A stretch of 49,884 nt of DNA from Octopus bimaculoides (Eukaryota). Shown piece by piece: positions 23,138-37,220 of the stretch (the stretch's first letter is position 1; the number at the start of each line of letters is the position of its first letter). The stretch is taken from assembly GCF_001194135.2 (NCBI RefSeq), contig NC_068982.1, positions 134,213,276-134,263,159 on the forward strand, in the 5' to 3' direction. The position numbers were made by a program, and so were the translations under genes. The notes under the pieces are model-generated. The model saw nothing but the letters and a program-made list of their open reading frames with translations. It made no database searches and was not told where the DNA came from.

Positions 23138-24948
23138 AGGGAGAGAGTCCGCTTAGATGAGATGCAGTTTGGGTTCGTACCAGGTAGAAGCACCACTGAT
23201 GCTATATTCTTAGTACAGAAACTGCAGGAGAAATACCTAGCCAAAGATAAACCCCTATACTTGGCTTTTGTTGAGTTGTCTTGTGGGTGATGTGGAAACT
23301 GGGGATTGACGATTGGTTAATAAGAGCTGTACAGGGATGCCGTTAGTAAGATAAGGGTCGGCAATGAATATAGCAAAGAATTCTGGATAGAAGTAGGGAT
23401 TCATCAAGGATCAGCCCTCAGCCAACTCTTATTCATCATAGTCCTCCAGACAATAACAGAGGAATTCAAGACAGGCTGCCTCTGGGAGATCCTCTTTGCT
23501 GATGACCTTGCTCTCATACCAGAACTAGAGAAGAAATTTCAGGTGTGGAAGCAAGGTTTAGAATCGAAGAGCCTTAGAGTCAATGTTACAAAAACCAAAG
23601 TCCTAGTAAGTAGGAAGGCGAACACATCACAAACCCCTTCAGGTAGATGGCCCTGCTCGATCTGTAGAAAAGGTGTAAGTAGAAATTCCATGTACCCAGT
23701 GTAAGCTATGGACGCATAAGAGGTGCAGCAACATCAGAGGAAGGTTAACTGGGAAGAAAGCTTTTGTGTGTGGCAGAGGCACAGGGGCAATAAACACCAC
23801 AGATGCTCAGAAAACTGATTCCATCACATGCCAGGGGAAGAAACTAGAAGTAGTTGATAGTTTCCGCAACCTAGGTGACCAAGTCTATAGTGGGGTTGGA
23901 TGCTCAGAGAGTGTTGCCACTAGAATAAGAATAGTCTGGGCAAAGTTCAGAAAGCTCCTACCTCTACTGGTGACAAAGGGCCTCTTGCTCAGAGTGAAAG
24001 GTAGATTGTACGATGCATGTGTGTGAACTGCCATGCTACACGGCAGTGAAACATGGGCCGTGCCTGCTGAAGACGTGTGTAAACTCAAAAGAATTGAAGC
24101 TAGTATGATCTGCTGGATGTGTAATGTCAGTCTGCACACACAACAGAGTGTAAGCACCCTGAGAGAAATTTTGAATGTAAGAAGCATCAGATGTGGTGTG
24201 CAAGAGACGACTGCACTGCTATGGTCATGTGCTATATATGGATGAGGAGAGCTAACAGTGGAAGGAACCTGTGGAAGAGGGAGACCCAGGAAGACATGGG
24301 ATGAGGTGGTGAAGCATGACCTTCAAATGTTGGGCCTCACAGAAGCAATGATGAAAGACCGAGACCTCTGGAAATATGCTGTGATTGAGAAGGCCTGGCA
24401 AGAAAAGTGAGATCATAGCCATAGCCTACACCGGTGTCACATAACCAGCCCATTTAGAAAGTACCTTTGGATCGTCAGGCAACATGCCGTGCTTGAGGAG
24501 ACCTACTGAGTCAAGTAAATCAAAATCAAATCAAATGGAATTGTAGTTGTGGCTGATACCAGAGCTGGTGACATGCAATAAGCACCATTCATGCGTGGGT
24601 CACTGCCAGAGCTGCTTGACTGGCTCCCCATGCTGGTGGCACATAAAAAGCACCATCCAAATGTGGTTGAAGCCAGCCCCTCTACCCTGACTGGCTCCTG
24701 TGCCAGTGGCATGTAAAAAGCACTATCTGAACGTAGCCGATGCCAGTGCCACCTGACTGGCACGTAAAAAGCACCCACTACACTCTCAGAGTGGTTGGCA
24801 TTAGGAAGGGCATCCAGCTGGAGAAACATTGCCAGATCAGATTGGAGCCTGGTATGGCCTACTGGCTTGCCAGTCCCCAGTCAAACCATCCAACCCATGC
24901 CAGCATGAAAAACGGATGTTAAACAATGATGATGATGATGATGATGAT
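23138..24948 (+). mobile_element. 5'-truncated RTE-clade LINE (RT pseudogene + 3' UTR + (GAT)n)
   Basis: LDEMQFGFVPGRSTTDAIFL, HQGSALS, LFADDL, EVVDSFRNLGDQ, LHGSETWAV, GRGRPRKTWDEVVKHDL; multiple frameshifts. Confidence 0.92.
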
Positions 24949-25303
24949 TACATTGCTTTTTCTCTGCATATTCTGATTTAATAGCTAATTTTTTTTTTTT
25001 AATCAGTTGGTGAAATAAAATGATAAATGACTCATGTTATCTTAAAGTGGTTATTAGCTTAATTAAGAGTCATTACACACAATATAATCTTCAGTTTGAT
25101 GTATTGTACTTATGGGTGAAAGGAGCTTGGGTTAGCAGTTAAGAAGTTCACTTTACAACCAAGAGGTCCTGGGGTTGATCTACTTCCTAGTATGCAAGGA
25201 AGGCTTATTTTCCCACAACCTCAATTTAATTCAAGCCTTGTAAGTGAAAGTGAATAGACAGAAACTGTATGGAAGCCTATCAGATGAACTACTAGTTATT
25301 TAA

Positions 25304-25525
25304 CCCTTTCGTTACTAACCTGGCTGAAACCGGCTCTGGCTCTGTAGTACAAATGTCTTGTTTTCATAAGTTTTGAATTAAAATCTTCCACCAAACCTTA
25401 GTCACAATTTATGTTCCTAACACTAGCTTAATGATAACTGAGTTATTTTACTAAATTCTTTTGTCATATTTAACGTAATTGAAAGAAACACAGAGCATCT
25501 CAAAATAAATACAGTAACAAAAGGG
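25304..25525. mobile_element. piggyBac-type MITE (222 bp)
   Basis: TTAA|CCCTTTCGTTACT ... AGTAACAAAAGGG|TTAA; 12/13 TIR match and TTAA TSDs at 25300-25303 and 25526-25529. Confidence 0.85.
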
Positions 25526-27429
25526 TTAAAGGCTTAACCATGTTACACCTTGTATCACACTAATTTTGCCTGAGAATTACATTGAGGGTACACATGTCTG
25601 TGGAATATTCCCCCGCTCATAAGGGAATGCAATGAGTAGGTGGTTCTGTTGGTTGAACAATTAGATACTCATAACAGACTTCAAAGAAAGAACTGTTTAC
25701 TTTTTTCTCTCTTTTTAAGAAGTTGCATATAAGTAAAACATGAGCAAGGAGGTGAAAAATATTGTGTTGTGCTGAAGAATTTGTATAGCAAGTGTGTTTG
25801 AAGCACTGAACTCTGTTATTCATACTGTCAACCTCAGTTTGATGAAAACTTGAACTGATGTTAATTTAGATCACAATTCAATAGAGTGAGGTGCCACTTA
25901 GTTTTGTGCCCTGTTGAGTCAACTAACTTACCTGCTCTTCAGGTAGTTACAAAATTAATTATGTTTCGTTTATGGTAACATGAAATACAAATTTAAAACT
26001 TAAAAGAATCTGTATACAATGCAGTAAAGGCAACTGAAAAATTATAAGACATCTACACTAAATTCCCCATCCCAATAATTCTTTCTTACATAAGAGTGAA
26101 ATGTAAAATATTTGGGGCAGATACAATACAAATTCAATTAACACCATAAATGACATAAAATAGTCTTAAACTAGTTTGAGTACATAAGAGGTATGCATAA
26201 ATTGCTTTAATAATGATAAAGTAAATTTCTTTTGACAACATCCGGGTCATTTTGAATAAAATGTGGAAGATTATAGTTAGGTGAGTAGATTATGTGAATT
26301 AAGGAGATTTCTTATCTCAGGATAGAAGGACAAAGTCATACTGTGCAGGAGCATAGCCCAAAAGTTAAGGCCTAAACATTAAATTGGCCTTGTTTTGACC
26401 TTGTTATAGACTTCTCCAACTTACAGGTTACCATGCTAGGTAGCATGAAAATGCATCGATTATTCTTGTACAGCTCTGGCAAAACAAAAGGTTCTTTTAT
26501 TCTTTTACTGGTTTCAGTTATTGGACTGCGTCCATGCTGGGGCACCCCAGTACTTATTTTAAGTCTGAATCTTATACTATTAGTTTCAGAGACAAACATT
26601 TTGACACCGATTGCTAACAGGTGAGAAACAAATGGAGAGAAAGAGGGGAGGAGGGAGACAAAGAAAGACAGACAGACAAGCAGACACATATAAAAATCAC
26701 ATGCTTCTGCACAGTTTCTGTCAACTAAATACACTCACAAAGCAATGACTGGCCGCATATATGGCTGCAAAAATAGACATTTTACATGACCAGAGAAAAA
26801 AAATTAAGTGTGATCTAAAAACCAGATGTGGTAGGGATACTGTACTGAAAAATAAGGAAAAATATCTGTATTAGGAATTTGAACCTATACTTGTAAGATC
26901 ACAAGACCTAGGACACCGGATTTAACTTTTTAAAATAAAATTACTCATTTAAACAAATATGAATGATACAGGGAACCCTAGTAATAAAATATTTTTAAAA
27001 ATACACCATGAGAAACTAAATGGATTTATAGGTTGGACAAGTAGCAGATTATACTACTTTTCAGGATTACATATTAGTATTTTTTTTATCAAGGTGGGCT
27101 ATTTGCTAAAATAACCAGTGTTTAAAATTACAATTTTTCAAAGAACCCTAGTGAATCAAAACTGGCCTAAAAGCAATGATCAAAAGTGTTTGTGCAGTGC
27201 CACGGAAGAGCACCCAGCACACTGTTATAGGGATGGTAGTAATAATGGAGAACCCCATCACATAGACACATGATGAGTGGTATGTGGTAGTTGTTACAAA
27301 TAGTGTAACATAGGAAGCCAACACAGTAGAGAGGTAGAGTACAAAGGCAGCCAGTCAGACAGATAGTCGTATCTTACTTGTCTAACTATACTGCTTTACT
27401 GGAGTGGGTGTTATAACAGTCCAACAGAG

Positions 27430-27858
27430 GATTACAACATTCTGTAAAGTGGTTGGCATTAGGAAGAGTATCCAGCCAATAGAAACCATGCTAAACCAGA
27501 CTGGAGCCTAGTGCAGCACAGGTCAAACTGTTCAACCTGTACCAGCATGAACATCATCATCATCATCATTTAACGTCTGCTTTCCATGCTAGCATGGGTT
27601 GGACGATTTGACTGAAGACTGGCGAACCAGATGGCTACACCAGACTCAAATCTGATCTGGCAGAGTTTCGACAGCTGGATGCCCTTCCTAATGCCAACCA
27701 CTCCGAGAGTGTAGTGGGTGTTTTTTACGTGCCACCAGCATGAGGGCCAGTCCGGCGGTACTGGCAATGGCCACGCTCAAATGGTGTTTTTTTACGTGCC
27801 ACCTGCACAGGAGTCAGTTCAATGTTTTGTTCACATGCCACCAGCATGAGTGCCAAAT
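27430..27858. mobile_element. Tail-to-tail pair of RTE 3' UTRs (+ decayed copy 27430-27550; - copy 27552-27858)
   Basis: Both match the shared 3' UTR and converge on a (CAT)n tract. Confidence 0.8.
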
Positions 27859-28769
27859 GATGATGATGATATACACACACTTAGACACACACATTTACTA
27901 GTCAAATTTTCAATATGGGCTACTTTCTAACAAATCTGCTACTTTTAATAAATTCTGTGTTACTTTGTTGTACAATTAAATAAATATAGCAGCCTGATAC
28001 TAATAGTCTCTGAAATGTACAAAAAAACAAAGAAAAAAAAAGCAAAACAAAAGTTGTGCTTTGGGAAATTGGCTGTGTATGCAGAAAAATGAATAAAGTT
28101 GAAAAACAAGTAAGTAAAATTGTTGTAGGGAAAAAAATAAACATTCAGATAGTATGTGCATAAGACAGGTGTAACAGCGATCAGAAATGTAAAAAGTACT
28201 ATATCAAATTGTACAAACAGACTGAAATTTCCAATTCTAAAGGACTGTCAGACTATTCTTAGCCTGGTATTTGTTATCATATTGTGGACTACTAAACAAT
28301 AATTCATTCTACGATAGATACAAAGCCATTCTGCATTGGGTCGGAGCTAGTTGAATATATATGACCTCAAAAGGATGAAAGGCAAAGTCAATTTTGGCAC
28401 AATTTGAACTCAGAATGTAAAACTGGAAGAAATGCTACAAAGCATTTTGTCTGGTGCACTAACAAGTATGCCAGTGACAAGACTTACAGTCTTAAAATTG
28501 GTAAAATACTAAGTTCCAATGTTGATGGCTTTACTCAATGTATTAATAAACATATATAGAGGTAAGAATCAAATTTGGATTTGTTGCCAAGCTTAATCTA
28601 ATAGTATGATGTATAAACATTATTTCTGATTAATTAAAGACATTCACAGTAATAAATTTCAAATTAAACGAACAAAAGGACACCGAAAAGAAAACAAGGA
28701 ATATTAGAATGGGATTTAAAATCAGTACAAAATTTGTTGTTGATAATATGGAACTAATTTCACTTGTAA

Positions 28770-30340
28770 TAATAATAATGAAATTATTGTGTACAGGGTG
28801 TGCACAAGGTCTGGGTACATGGATTAAATAAAATCATAACATAAACAATTAAATATAAGAAATAATAATTTCTTAAAATATGTGTTAATCCTCATATACC
28901 CAGACTTTGTGGACACCTTGTATAGTGCTCAGGTGCACTACAACTCATCAAAGGTGCATGTACAGTACATAGAATTATGTACAAAAGTCAGGAAAGTGAA
29001 CAGTGTATGAGTCATGATATACATGTGTGCATGCATATGGAAGGGGAAATATCAGGTGTAGTGTTGGTAAACTTCAGGAAGCATGGAGGTTTTAAAGGAT
29101 GCAATGTCTCGGCAACTAACAACTGATGTAGGTAGTCTGTTCCATGCTTCAGCAATTCTGAGTGTGAAAAAATGTTTCCGAAAGTCATGGGAGCTGTGCT
29201 GTTTTCTGGCTTTGTAGGCATGCACACGTGTTAAATACATGGAGCTCAAAGAGGTGTTCAAGGTGGTTGTTGGCACAACAGTTAATAATTTTGAGGGTGT
29301 TTACCAAGTCAGTTGCCAGATGTCAGAGCTTCAATGTATCTATGCCCAAGGAGGCAAGGCATTCAGAGTATGGTAGATGCCTGATGGAGAGTATTTGCTT
29401 GGTTGCATGTCTCTGAATAGTTTCCAGGAAGTCAATGTCCTGGGCAAGATAGGGGTTCCAGACTGGTGATGCAAATTCCAAGTGTGGCCACACCATAGCC
29501 ATACACAGCCTTAAATAGATAGCTGGAGAGTAGCTGCCAAAGGTCTTGCTGAATGACACCAAGACACCCTTAGCCTCCTTGACAATTTTAGAGATGTGCT
29601 TTGTCCAGCACAAATCGCTGCTAACAGTAATGCCCAGATCAGGTTCAAAAGAAAACTTCTTGATATTAGTGTTGTGGAGAGAGTATGCAGACACTGAGTT
29701 TTTCCTTCCAAAATGCATGATGGTACACTTGTCCACAGCCAGCTTGAGTTGCCAGTCTGTGATCTATTGTTGCATTGTGTCTCGGTCCAATTGGAGGAAA
29801 GATCTATAATGTTCAGGATCTGCCTTTTTTATCTCAAGGTACAACTTGATATCATCTGCATATTTCAGCACTGTGGCATTCTTTAAGTTGGCATCTATGT
29901 CATTAATGTATGCAACAAACAAAAGGGAACCAAGAACAGATCCTTGTGGTACACCAGATGATATATCAGAGGGTGAAGAATGCTGTCCTAGAACCATGAC
30001 TACCTCTTTTTGACTGAAAATGAAGGACTCCAACCAGTTAAAAAGATCTTTCACACTCAATGCAGAGAGTTTTATCATAAGTCTTTTGTGTGACACAGAA
30101 CTAAAAGCTTTAGCAAAGTCAAGGTAAACAACATTCATGAGCCACCATCAGTGACCTGAGTGATGTCTTCTGGAAACTCGATAAGTTGATCACAGCAGCT
30201 GGAGTTAAGGATAAACCCAAATTGCAAGGGCCAGATGAGGCTGTGATAGACAACATTAACAACAAACTATTTCCAAAACAGTACCAGTCTGATAAATCCT
30301 GTAAGTAAAGCCAAAAGTGGTTTTGTAACACTTGAAAAGT
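28770..30340 (-). mobile_element. 5'-truncated CR1/L2-group LINE (RT pseudogene + 3' UTR)
   Basis: VYLDFAKAFSSVSH, GVPQGSVLGSLLFVAYIND, KYADDIKLY, VWPHLEFASPVWNP, HFFTLRIAEAWNRLP; ends in an (ATT)n-like tail. Confidence 0.92.
28794..28920. mobile_element. Tc1/mariner-type MITE (127 bp) inserted in the CR1 tail
   Basis: TA|CAGGGTGTGCACAAGGTCTGGGTA ... TACCCAGACTTTGTGGACACCTTG|TA. Confidence 0.8.
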
Positions 30341-30355
30341 AGAAACAGAAGACTA

Positions 30356-30560
30356 TCATCATTATCATCATTAAACGTCCACTTTCCATGCTAGCATGGG
30401 TTGGACGGTTTCACTGAGGACTAGCAAGCCAGGAGGCTGCACCAGGCTCCAATCTGTTCTGACAAGGTTTCTACAGCTGGATGCCCTTCCTAACACCAAC
30501 CACTCCAAGAGTGTAGTGGGTGTTTTTTAACATGTCACTGGCACATGGGCCAATCTGCTT
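30356..30560 (-). mobile_element. RTE LINE 3' UTR fragment
   Basis: Reverse complement of the shared body. Confidence 0.85.
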
Positions 30561-30923
30561 TTGAGGCACCTGTGCCACTTGAAATATTGTATACAACCCA
30601 TTGCCTCATCACCATAAGCTTGCTTGAAGCATGCTCAATGTCTCTGTAGCAGACTTCCCAAGTTTAACAAAAAATTCCACGTTGACTCTTTGTTCCTGGC
30701 CATGACAAAATCACAGACTACAGCAAACACATGATCACAAAAACACAAATTTCACAACTTGCAAAGTAAACATTTTGATGTCACTTGACACACTGCCTCA
30801 TGAAGATCACTGCTAGCTCTCACAACATGCAACCATGTGCTGCCATCTGTTGATGCACTACAGAAGTAGTCCAGGAACTTTTTGATACCACCTCACACAC
30901 ACACACACACACACAAATATATA

Positions 30924-32033
30924 CTGGATTGTCCGGAAAGTTCATGCCAGTTTTTAGTCACTCATATTCCAACATGTTAGAACATGTCAAATTTATCGAT
31001 ACATATGATATGCTTACATTTCCAGTTAGTGTACACTTCAAACTATCTCTTGAGAAAGACAGTTTAAAATTACTTAATTCGTGTCAATTCTGCATCTCTA
31101 TGAAAATAGACGATTATTAGGTGCATTTTAGACACTTGATGCATTATTATTACCATAGAGGCAAAACTACTTTGCTAGCAACAAAAAAGATATGCGCTAT
31201 GTACGGTGAAGGTGCTTTGGCTGACAGAACTGTACAGAAATGGTTTGCTAAGTTTAGAGTTGGTAACTGTAGCCTTATTGATGAAGATCACTCAGGCAGA
31301 CCCCGCCACCCACTTCAGATGATGACCAAATCAGGGCATTGATTGAGAATAACTCACATTACACAGTGTGGGAATTGGCAGAAACACTAAATTTATCAAA
31401 ATCCACCTTCCATGTGCACTTAGTGAAGCTTGGGTACTCAAATCACGGAAATGTTTGGGTACCACATGATTTGAGTGAAAAGAATCTTTTGTATCACATT
31501 TCTATCTGTGATTTGCTGTATAAACACAATGAAATTGCATCCCTTTTTGGAGCAAATAGTGATGGGTGATGAGAAATGGATCATTTACAACAATGTTCAG
31601 TGAAAAAGATCCTGGGGTAAGCGACATGAGCCACCTTTAGCCACTTTAAAAGCAGGTCTTCATCCTAAGAAAGCCATGCTCTGCATCTGATGGGATTGGA
31701 AACGAATCCTGTACAATGAACTTTTGCCAAGTAACCATTCTGAGAAGTATTGCTTTCAATTGAATGATTTAAAGGCAGCAATTCAAGAAAAACGCCCAGG
31801 AAAGGTGTTTTTTTTCCATCAGGATAATGCCAGACCTCACGTTTCTTTGGTGACACATCAAAAATTGTTGCAGCTTGGATAGAATGTATTACTCCACCCA
31901 CCATATCCACCAAACATTGCTCCTTCGGATTTTCATTTCTTCAGGTCCTTGCAAAATAACCTCAATGATAAAAATTTTAATTCTTTGGAGAAACTCCACC
32001 TTAAGGAGTTCTTTGCCAAGAAACCACTAAAAT
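30924..32033 (+). mobile_element. mariner transposon (transposase pseudogene, 3'-truncated)
   Basis: TA|CTGGATTGTCCGGAAAGTTC left TIR; HFRHLM...TVQKWFAKFR...HSGRP, WVPHDLSE, HQDNARPH, IAPSDFHFFRSLQN; stops and frameshifts. Confidence 0.92.
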
Positions 32034-32035
32034 CG

Positions 32036-32092
32036 GGCCGACCAAAGCCTTGTGAGTGAATTTGGTAGACGGAAACTGAAAGAAGCTCGTCG

Positions 32093-32137
<45 letters not shown>

Positions 32138-32348
32138 TTGTGTGTTTGTGTGTCTGTGTTTGTCCCCCCCAACATCGCTTGACAACCGATGCTGGTGTGT
32201 TTACGTCCCCGTAACTTAGAAGTTCGGCAAAAGAGACCGATAGAATAAGTACTAGGCTTACAAAGAATAAGTCTTGGGGTCGATTTGCTTGACTAAAGGC
32301 GGTGCTCCAGCATGGCCGCAGTCAAATGACTGAAACAAGTAAAAGAGT
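32036..32348 (+). mobile_element. 5'-truncated family A SINE abutting the mariner
   Basis: Starts at GGGCCGACCAAAGCC and continues to the ACAAGTAAAAGAG tail. Confidence 0.9.
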
Positions 32349-32940
32349 AAACTATTTTACAAACCAAATTATTACTTTTAAACAGTAGGTGTACATTCAG
32401 AAATTGCTAATGCAGACTACCACTGGTTTCTTTGGACCCTATTCTTTAATACAGTGTTTCTCAGACATTTTCAGCTATTGCCTTTTGATTTTACTAACAC
32501 CTTTTCAATGACCCCTTGCTACATTTCACACCTCCCAGACTTTAGATAGGTTTTATTTTCATTTATTTATTCACTTTCACATTTTCTAGTTTTCTTTAAC
32601 GTTGGTACCCCAAAGTTATATATCTTAATATCTTAGCTAATTTACTTTCAGAACTTTAAAAAATATTATTATTATTATCATCATCTTTATTATTATTTTA
32701 TCACCATGCCAAGCCTACTTACTATGGATTTGCTGCCCCCCCCCCTGCTTGGAAAACAATGTGATTAGTTAGTGGTATCCAATGTATAGTTATTGGTATT
32801 TAATATCCCCCCCTCTCTGACTGAGAGCATGGAAATAGGCTGGTCAACTGGTGTGTTGTCAGATCACAGGAGAGTTTAAATCTTCAGTGGTTACTATTAT
32901 GTATCTAAGTAATGCATTTATTCTTACATAACTCCATATT

Positions 32941-33635
32941 TCAAGGGTATGCCCTGGCACTTGCTACCACCTATCTCTCTCTTCTTTTCTCAACCATCCT
33001 GTTTATATTCTGATCCCCATCCCTTGTGAGTATACCTGGCACTCTGCCACCATATCTCTCTTGCACTCTTGCTGTCTCCCACTCTCTTTCTCTCCTTCTC
33101 CTGCTCTCCCCTCTGGCTGGGTAACTACGTATCTCCTTTACAGCAGTACACCTGTTTCTGACCTCATTGTTGATCCCTCTCTCTCTCTCTCTCTGGCTGG
33201 GTAACCATGTACCTCCTCTACACCAAGACACCTGTGTCTGTCTCTCTGTCTCACTATAACTTTTCATCATCTGACAAGAGATCCCCTCCTCCAATGCCCT
33301 CCCACTCTCAAAGGATCTTTGTCTTGCCAGTTACTTGGTGACCCTGCCTGTGTTGATGCCACATAAAAAGCATTCAGTGCACACTATAAAGTGGTTGGCA
33401 TTTATAAGGGCATCCAGCTGTAAAAATCATGCCAAAACTGACTTCACCCGTACTTGCGCCACATAAAAATCACTCACTACACTCTGCTGGGTGGTTGGTG
33501 TTAGGAAGGGCATCCAGCTGTTAAAACTCTGCCAACCAGACACAGAAGGCAGGTGCAAGCTCCTGACAAATCGTCCAACCCATGCCAGTATGGAAGGTGG
33601 ACATTAAATTATGATGACAATAATGATGATGATGA
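32941..33635 (+). mobile_element. Older RTE-type 3' region (second subfamily)
   Basis: Collinear with 45618-46284 (TCAAGGGTATGCCCTGGCA...GGAAGGGCATCCAGCTG...(GAT)n). Confidence 0.75.
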
Positions 33636-34189
33636 TACACATAATATCAAGCCAGAGTAATTTGGTTCCCTGTATTAGTTTTATGCAGGTGACTACCTAC
33701 TATAAGTGAATATCTGATGCATCATTACCTGACCTAACTTATCGACCCAACCCTTAGTGTGTGTGGTTTTGGCTAAACTCAGGCACGTAATCTAAGTGCT
33801 TCATATTTAACCTACAGATAACAGTTCAAATTTTTCTTTATATTCCAGTTTATTGTTGTTGTAGCTAACTAGTCGTCTATTGTAATATTATTTATTTTAT
33901 TTTATCTAGTTTTAGCCCTAGAACTATGGCCATAAGTTAATTTTTTTAATTTTATTTGAATAGAAGATAATAGCTTTAAAAAATAACACAGGCATTGATC
34001 ACTAACCCCTTAGCCCCCTTGGTTCTCAGTACCCACAAAAAATGTTCCACAACCCTCATCCCATAGATCACTGATATTTCTTGCTGTTGCCATAGAAACT
34101 TCTGACACTATTAATAAATTAGGTACAAGTGATGATATAGAGTAGTATTAGCATCAACCATTTAGATGGTAGACATGGTCATCAATGTG

Positions 34190-34335
34190 CGTAACTAGTA
34201 CTTAATTTATCGACCCTGAAAGGATGAAAGGCAAAGTCGACCTCGGCGGAATTTGAACTCAGAACGTAACAGCAGACGAAATACTGCTAAGCATTTCGCC
34301 TGGAGGGGTAACGTTTCTGCCAGCTCACCGCCTTT
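34190..34335 (-). mobile_element. Family B tRNA-derived SINE head
   Basis: AGGCGGTGAGCTGGCAGAAACGTT...TTCTGAGTTCAAATTCCGCCGAGGTCGAC; same family as 48563-48793. Confidence 0.85.
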
Positions 34336-35199
34336 AGTCGCTATTTCTATCAAGTAAAGTGCCATATAAAGGTGGCTTTGCATTGATGATAAGGGCAGTG
34401 GCATCATTAGTTCTTTTCAGTATGTTATTGGTCTTGTTTATATCAACCCAGAAGGCTAAAAGACAAACAAGTTTCATACTTAGGCACAAGGCTTAAGACT
34501 TATAGGGAAGAGGAAATGAAATTGCATGAATTCATGCCTTTCTTCAAAGTAGTGAAGTAAAATTGGCTACCTCAAAAATAATAAATGGAAGCAAAAATTA
34601 TATTAAAACTTAAAATTTAGTTTCTTCAGAAATAAAATCTGCTAGACAAAAAAAATATGAATGACATATATAAAATGTAAATGAAAATGACAAAACAAAG
34701 ATTATTAGGAACATTCCAGTGATCACTGAGGTAAAATAGAAATCCCTGTAAATTATATGCTCTTCATAGTTATCAGTGGCTATCAATAAACAAACAGGTC
34801 ATAAGATAGAATTATTGTACAACAATCTTGATCCTGGTGAGGTGATAATGTTTCTATCTGACAACAGTATAGACGCACAGAAACACAGTGTATTAATGCA
34901 ACTATTCCTGTCTTGGCTCTTATTGTAATTTTTCTATGAACTCTGTAAACAATTTCTTAATCTTTCAAATTTCTTCTAGTTTTAAAATCAACAACCCCAA
35001 ATACCTTTACTGTTGGAAAGATTTGTGAAATAATGAAAATAATAATAATCCTTTCTCCTATAGGCACAAGGCCTGAAATTTATGGAGAGGAGGGTTAGTT
35101 GATTACACTGACCTCAGGGGTCAACTGGTACTTATTTTATTGATCCCAAAAGGAAAAGGACAAAGCAAAGCTACAGAATTTGGATAGAACTAGAAAGCT

Positions 35200-35365
35200 G
35201 CTCACAGTGCATTCCATTCTAAAAACAATACCGACCAACTTTACCTACCAAGAAAGGAGGGTGGGAGAGGATTATTAAATGCAGAAGACACTGTTATTTC
35301 AGTGATATTGGGTCTGAAAAATTATGTTGTGCAGAGCAGAGAAAGAATACTATTGGCAGCTTGAG
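35200..35365 (+). pseudogene. R4/Dong-like non-LTR retrotransposon fragment
   Basis: NTDQLYLPRKEGGRGLLNAEDTV resembles the 'RLYLPRKEGGRGL' motif downstream of the RT in R4/NeSL-type elements. Confidence 0.6.
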
Positions 35366-35914
35366 ATACTCAAAAAGTCACTGAAAGAGTAGGAGATTTC
35401 AAAGAGAAAAAGTACAATAGAACAAACAAATAGAAGGAAATGAAATAACATGGCATGTCCTTGACTTCACTCCAAATTTCTTCTCTCCTCTAGGGTTTCG
35501 GATTCCATTCGAGCCACCATATTTGAGATTTCTGTTTTTGCTTAGCGGTTTGGGGTTTCAGTTTTAGTTATTTCATCTTGTCCTTTTCCTTTTTCTCCCC
35601 TTCTTTATGTTTGTGCTCGTGTTCTTTCATTCCTTTTCTGGTGGTAGCACTTGCATTCCTCTAGTTGTCCAATGGAGTGAGGACTCCATTCTTTTATGGG
35701 ACTACTGGCACAGAGGGATTTCTGGTTGTTGCTTCTTCAGCTTCTCTATCCTTATCAGCCTGGTTGGTCACAGGGGTGGGGGATCCATTCTTTTGAGGGA
35801 CCACTGGATCAAAGAGACTTCTGGTTTTTGCTTCATTTTCCCTATCCTTATCTTACCATGATGACATCAAGTGTGTCAATGTGTGGTCTAATAAGGGCAC
35901 ACAGGTATAAATAA

Positions 35915-35918
<4 letters not shown>

Positions 35919-35967
<49 letters not shown>
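35919..35967. repeat. (AT)n microsatellite
   Basis: Directly visible. Confidence 0.95.
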
Positions 35968-35970
<3 letters not shown>

Positions 35971-36579
35971 GTTGGAAATACACTAAGAATAGTTGATGTA
36001 TTTTTTATTATTATTATTAAAGATTTAACCAGTTTCACAGTTTACACTGATTTTCAAAAAATTGAAATAGAAAGATGTGGCTTATGTTGCAGCTGTTTTG
36101 CTTCTGACTAGTGTTTGAAGCTTGCCCTATTTTTATAGTCACATGACTGGTCTTAGAAATGTATGTCTCCATTATGTCCGTGTATTCGTATCAAGTGACA
36201 ATGTTTAGCATCATAAGTTAAGGCTGACACAGTTGACTGAACAAGTAGAGTGGTAGTACTAAACAATCAATGCTCTGAATATTTTCTGTCAAGTGTCAGT
36301 AGAGAATGAACACATGATTAAGTTTAGAACCTTCTGTATGTTCCCTGCTACGTCCGTGCATTAGTGTCAAGTGGCAATATATTTAGTACCTAAAATGAAG
36401 ACTGATATGGTTGGGTATTTAGTTACAATCAAGGCATTCCAAATTTTATCTGTCTGGTGGAAGAGTAGACAGGAATTGTTTCTATGTAGTCCAGTGGCTA
36501 AAGTTTAGGTTGTTAGCTGTGTAGGTTCCTTATGTTAAGTGGCAGAATGAGTTTTGTGTTTGAATAGTTGTGTATGTAC

Positions 36580-37090
36580 TTTGTTAAAGTTTGTTAAGTC
36601 TGGATTTGTACTTTTCTATGAAAGTATTCTCTTTGTTTATCCATGCTTCATCTGTGGTATTCACTGAACAGAGGTAGAGTGGGAAGACCTGGAATTTGGG
36701 GGACTTATTTTTTGCATATATGTCTATATGCCCACTTAGTGGAATCTGTCTAGTACTGAGGTCTTGTATTTGTTGTTGGTGAATGGTCATTCTATTTCTT
36801 AGAGTAAGCTTTGTTTGACCTATGTAATCTTCATTACATCTTTGACATTTGAAGAACATGTAAAGTAATTTTTTTATGGTAAAAATTTGTATATTGTAAG
36901 ATTGATGCAACTCTCACAATTGGGGCAGCCACACTTCTTGACTGTTGGTGTGGGAGTTGCAGATGGTAATTTAACACTTGTGAGAAATTTTTTGTGAGAC
37001 TTTAATTGTCATTTACTTTTGATTATTTTGTGTATTTCGTATGCTTGTTTCATTCTTGGGTCGTGTTTTAGTAGTGGGTTGTTCAGGTGG
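36580..37090 (-). pseudogene. Penelope-like GIY-YIG endonuclease fragment
   Basis: KKCGCPNCESC linker, then FKCQRCNEDYIGQTKLTLRNRMTIH...KENTFIEKYKSRLN. Confidence 0.85.
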
Positions 37091-37181
37091 ATAATACTGT
37101 AAACCTCTTATTTTGGGGGTTGTGTGTTGTAAAAAGGGTAGATTACTGGATGTATCTTGAGCATTTTTCGTTTTTTGCATG

Positions 37182-37220
<39 letters not shown>

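Noticed and set aside
35852-35860. ATG|GTAAGA on the minus strand as a possible extra exon end
   Set aside because: No convincing acceptor; the upstream context is microsatellite; not needed for the gene model.
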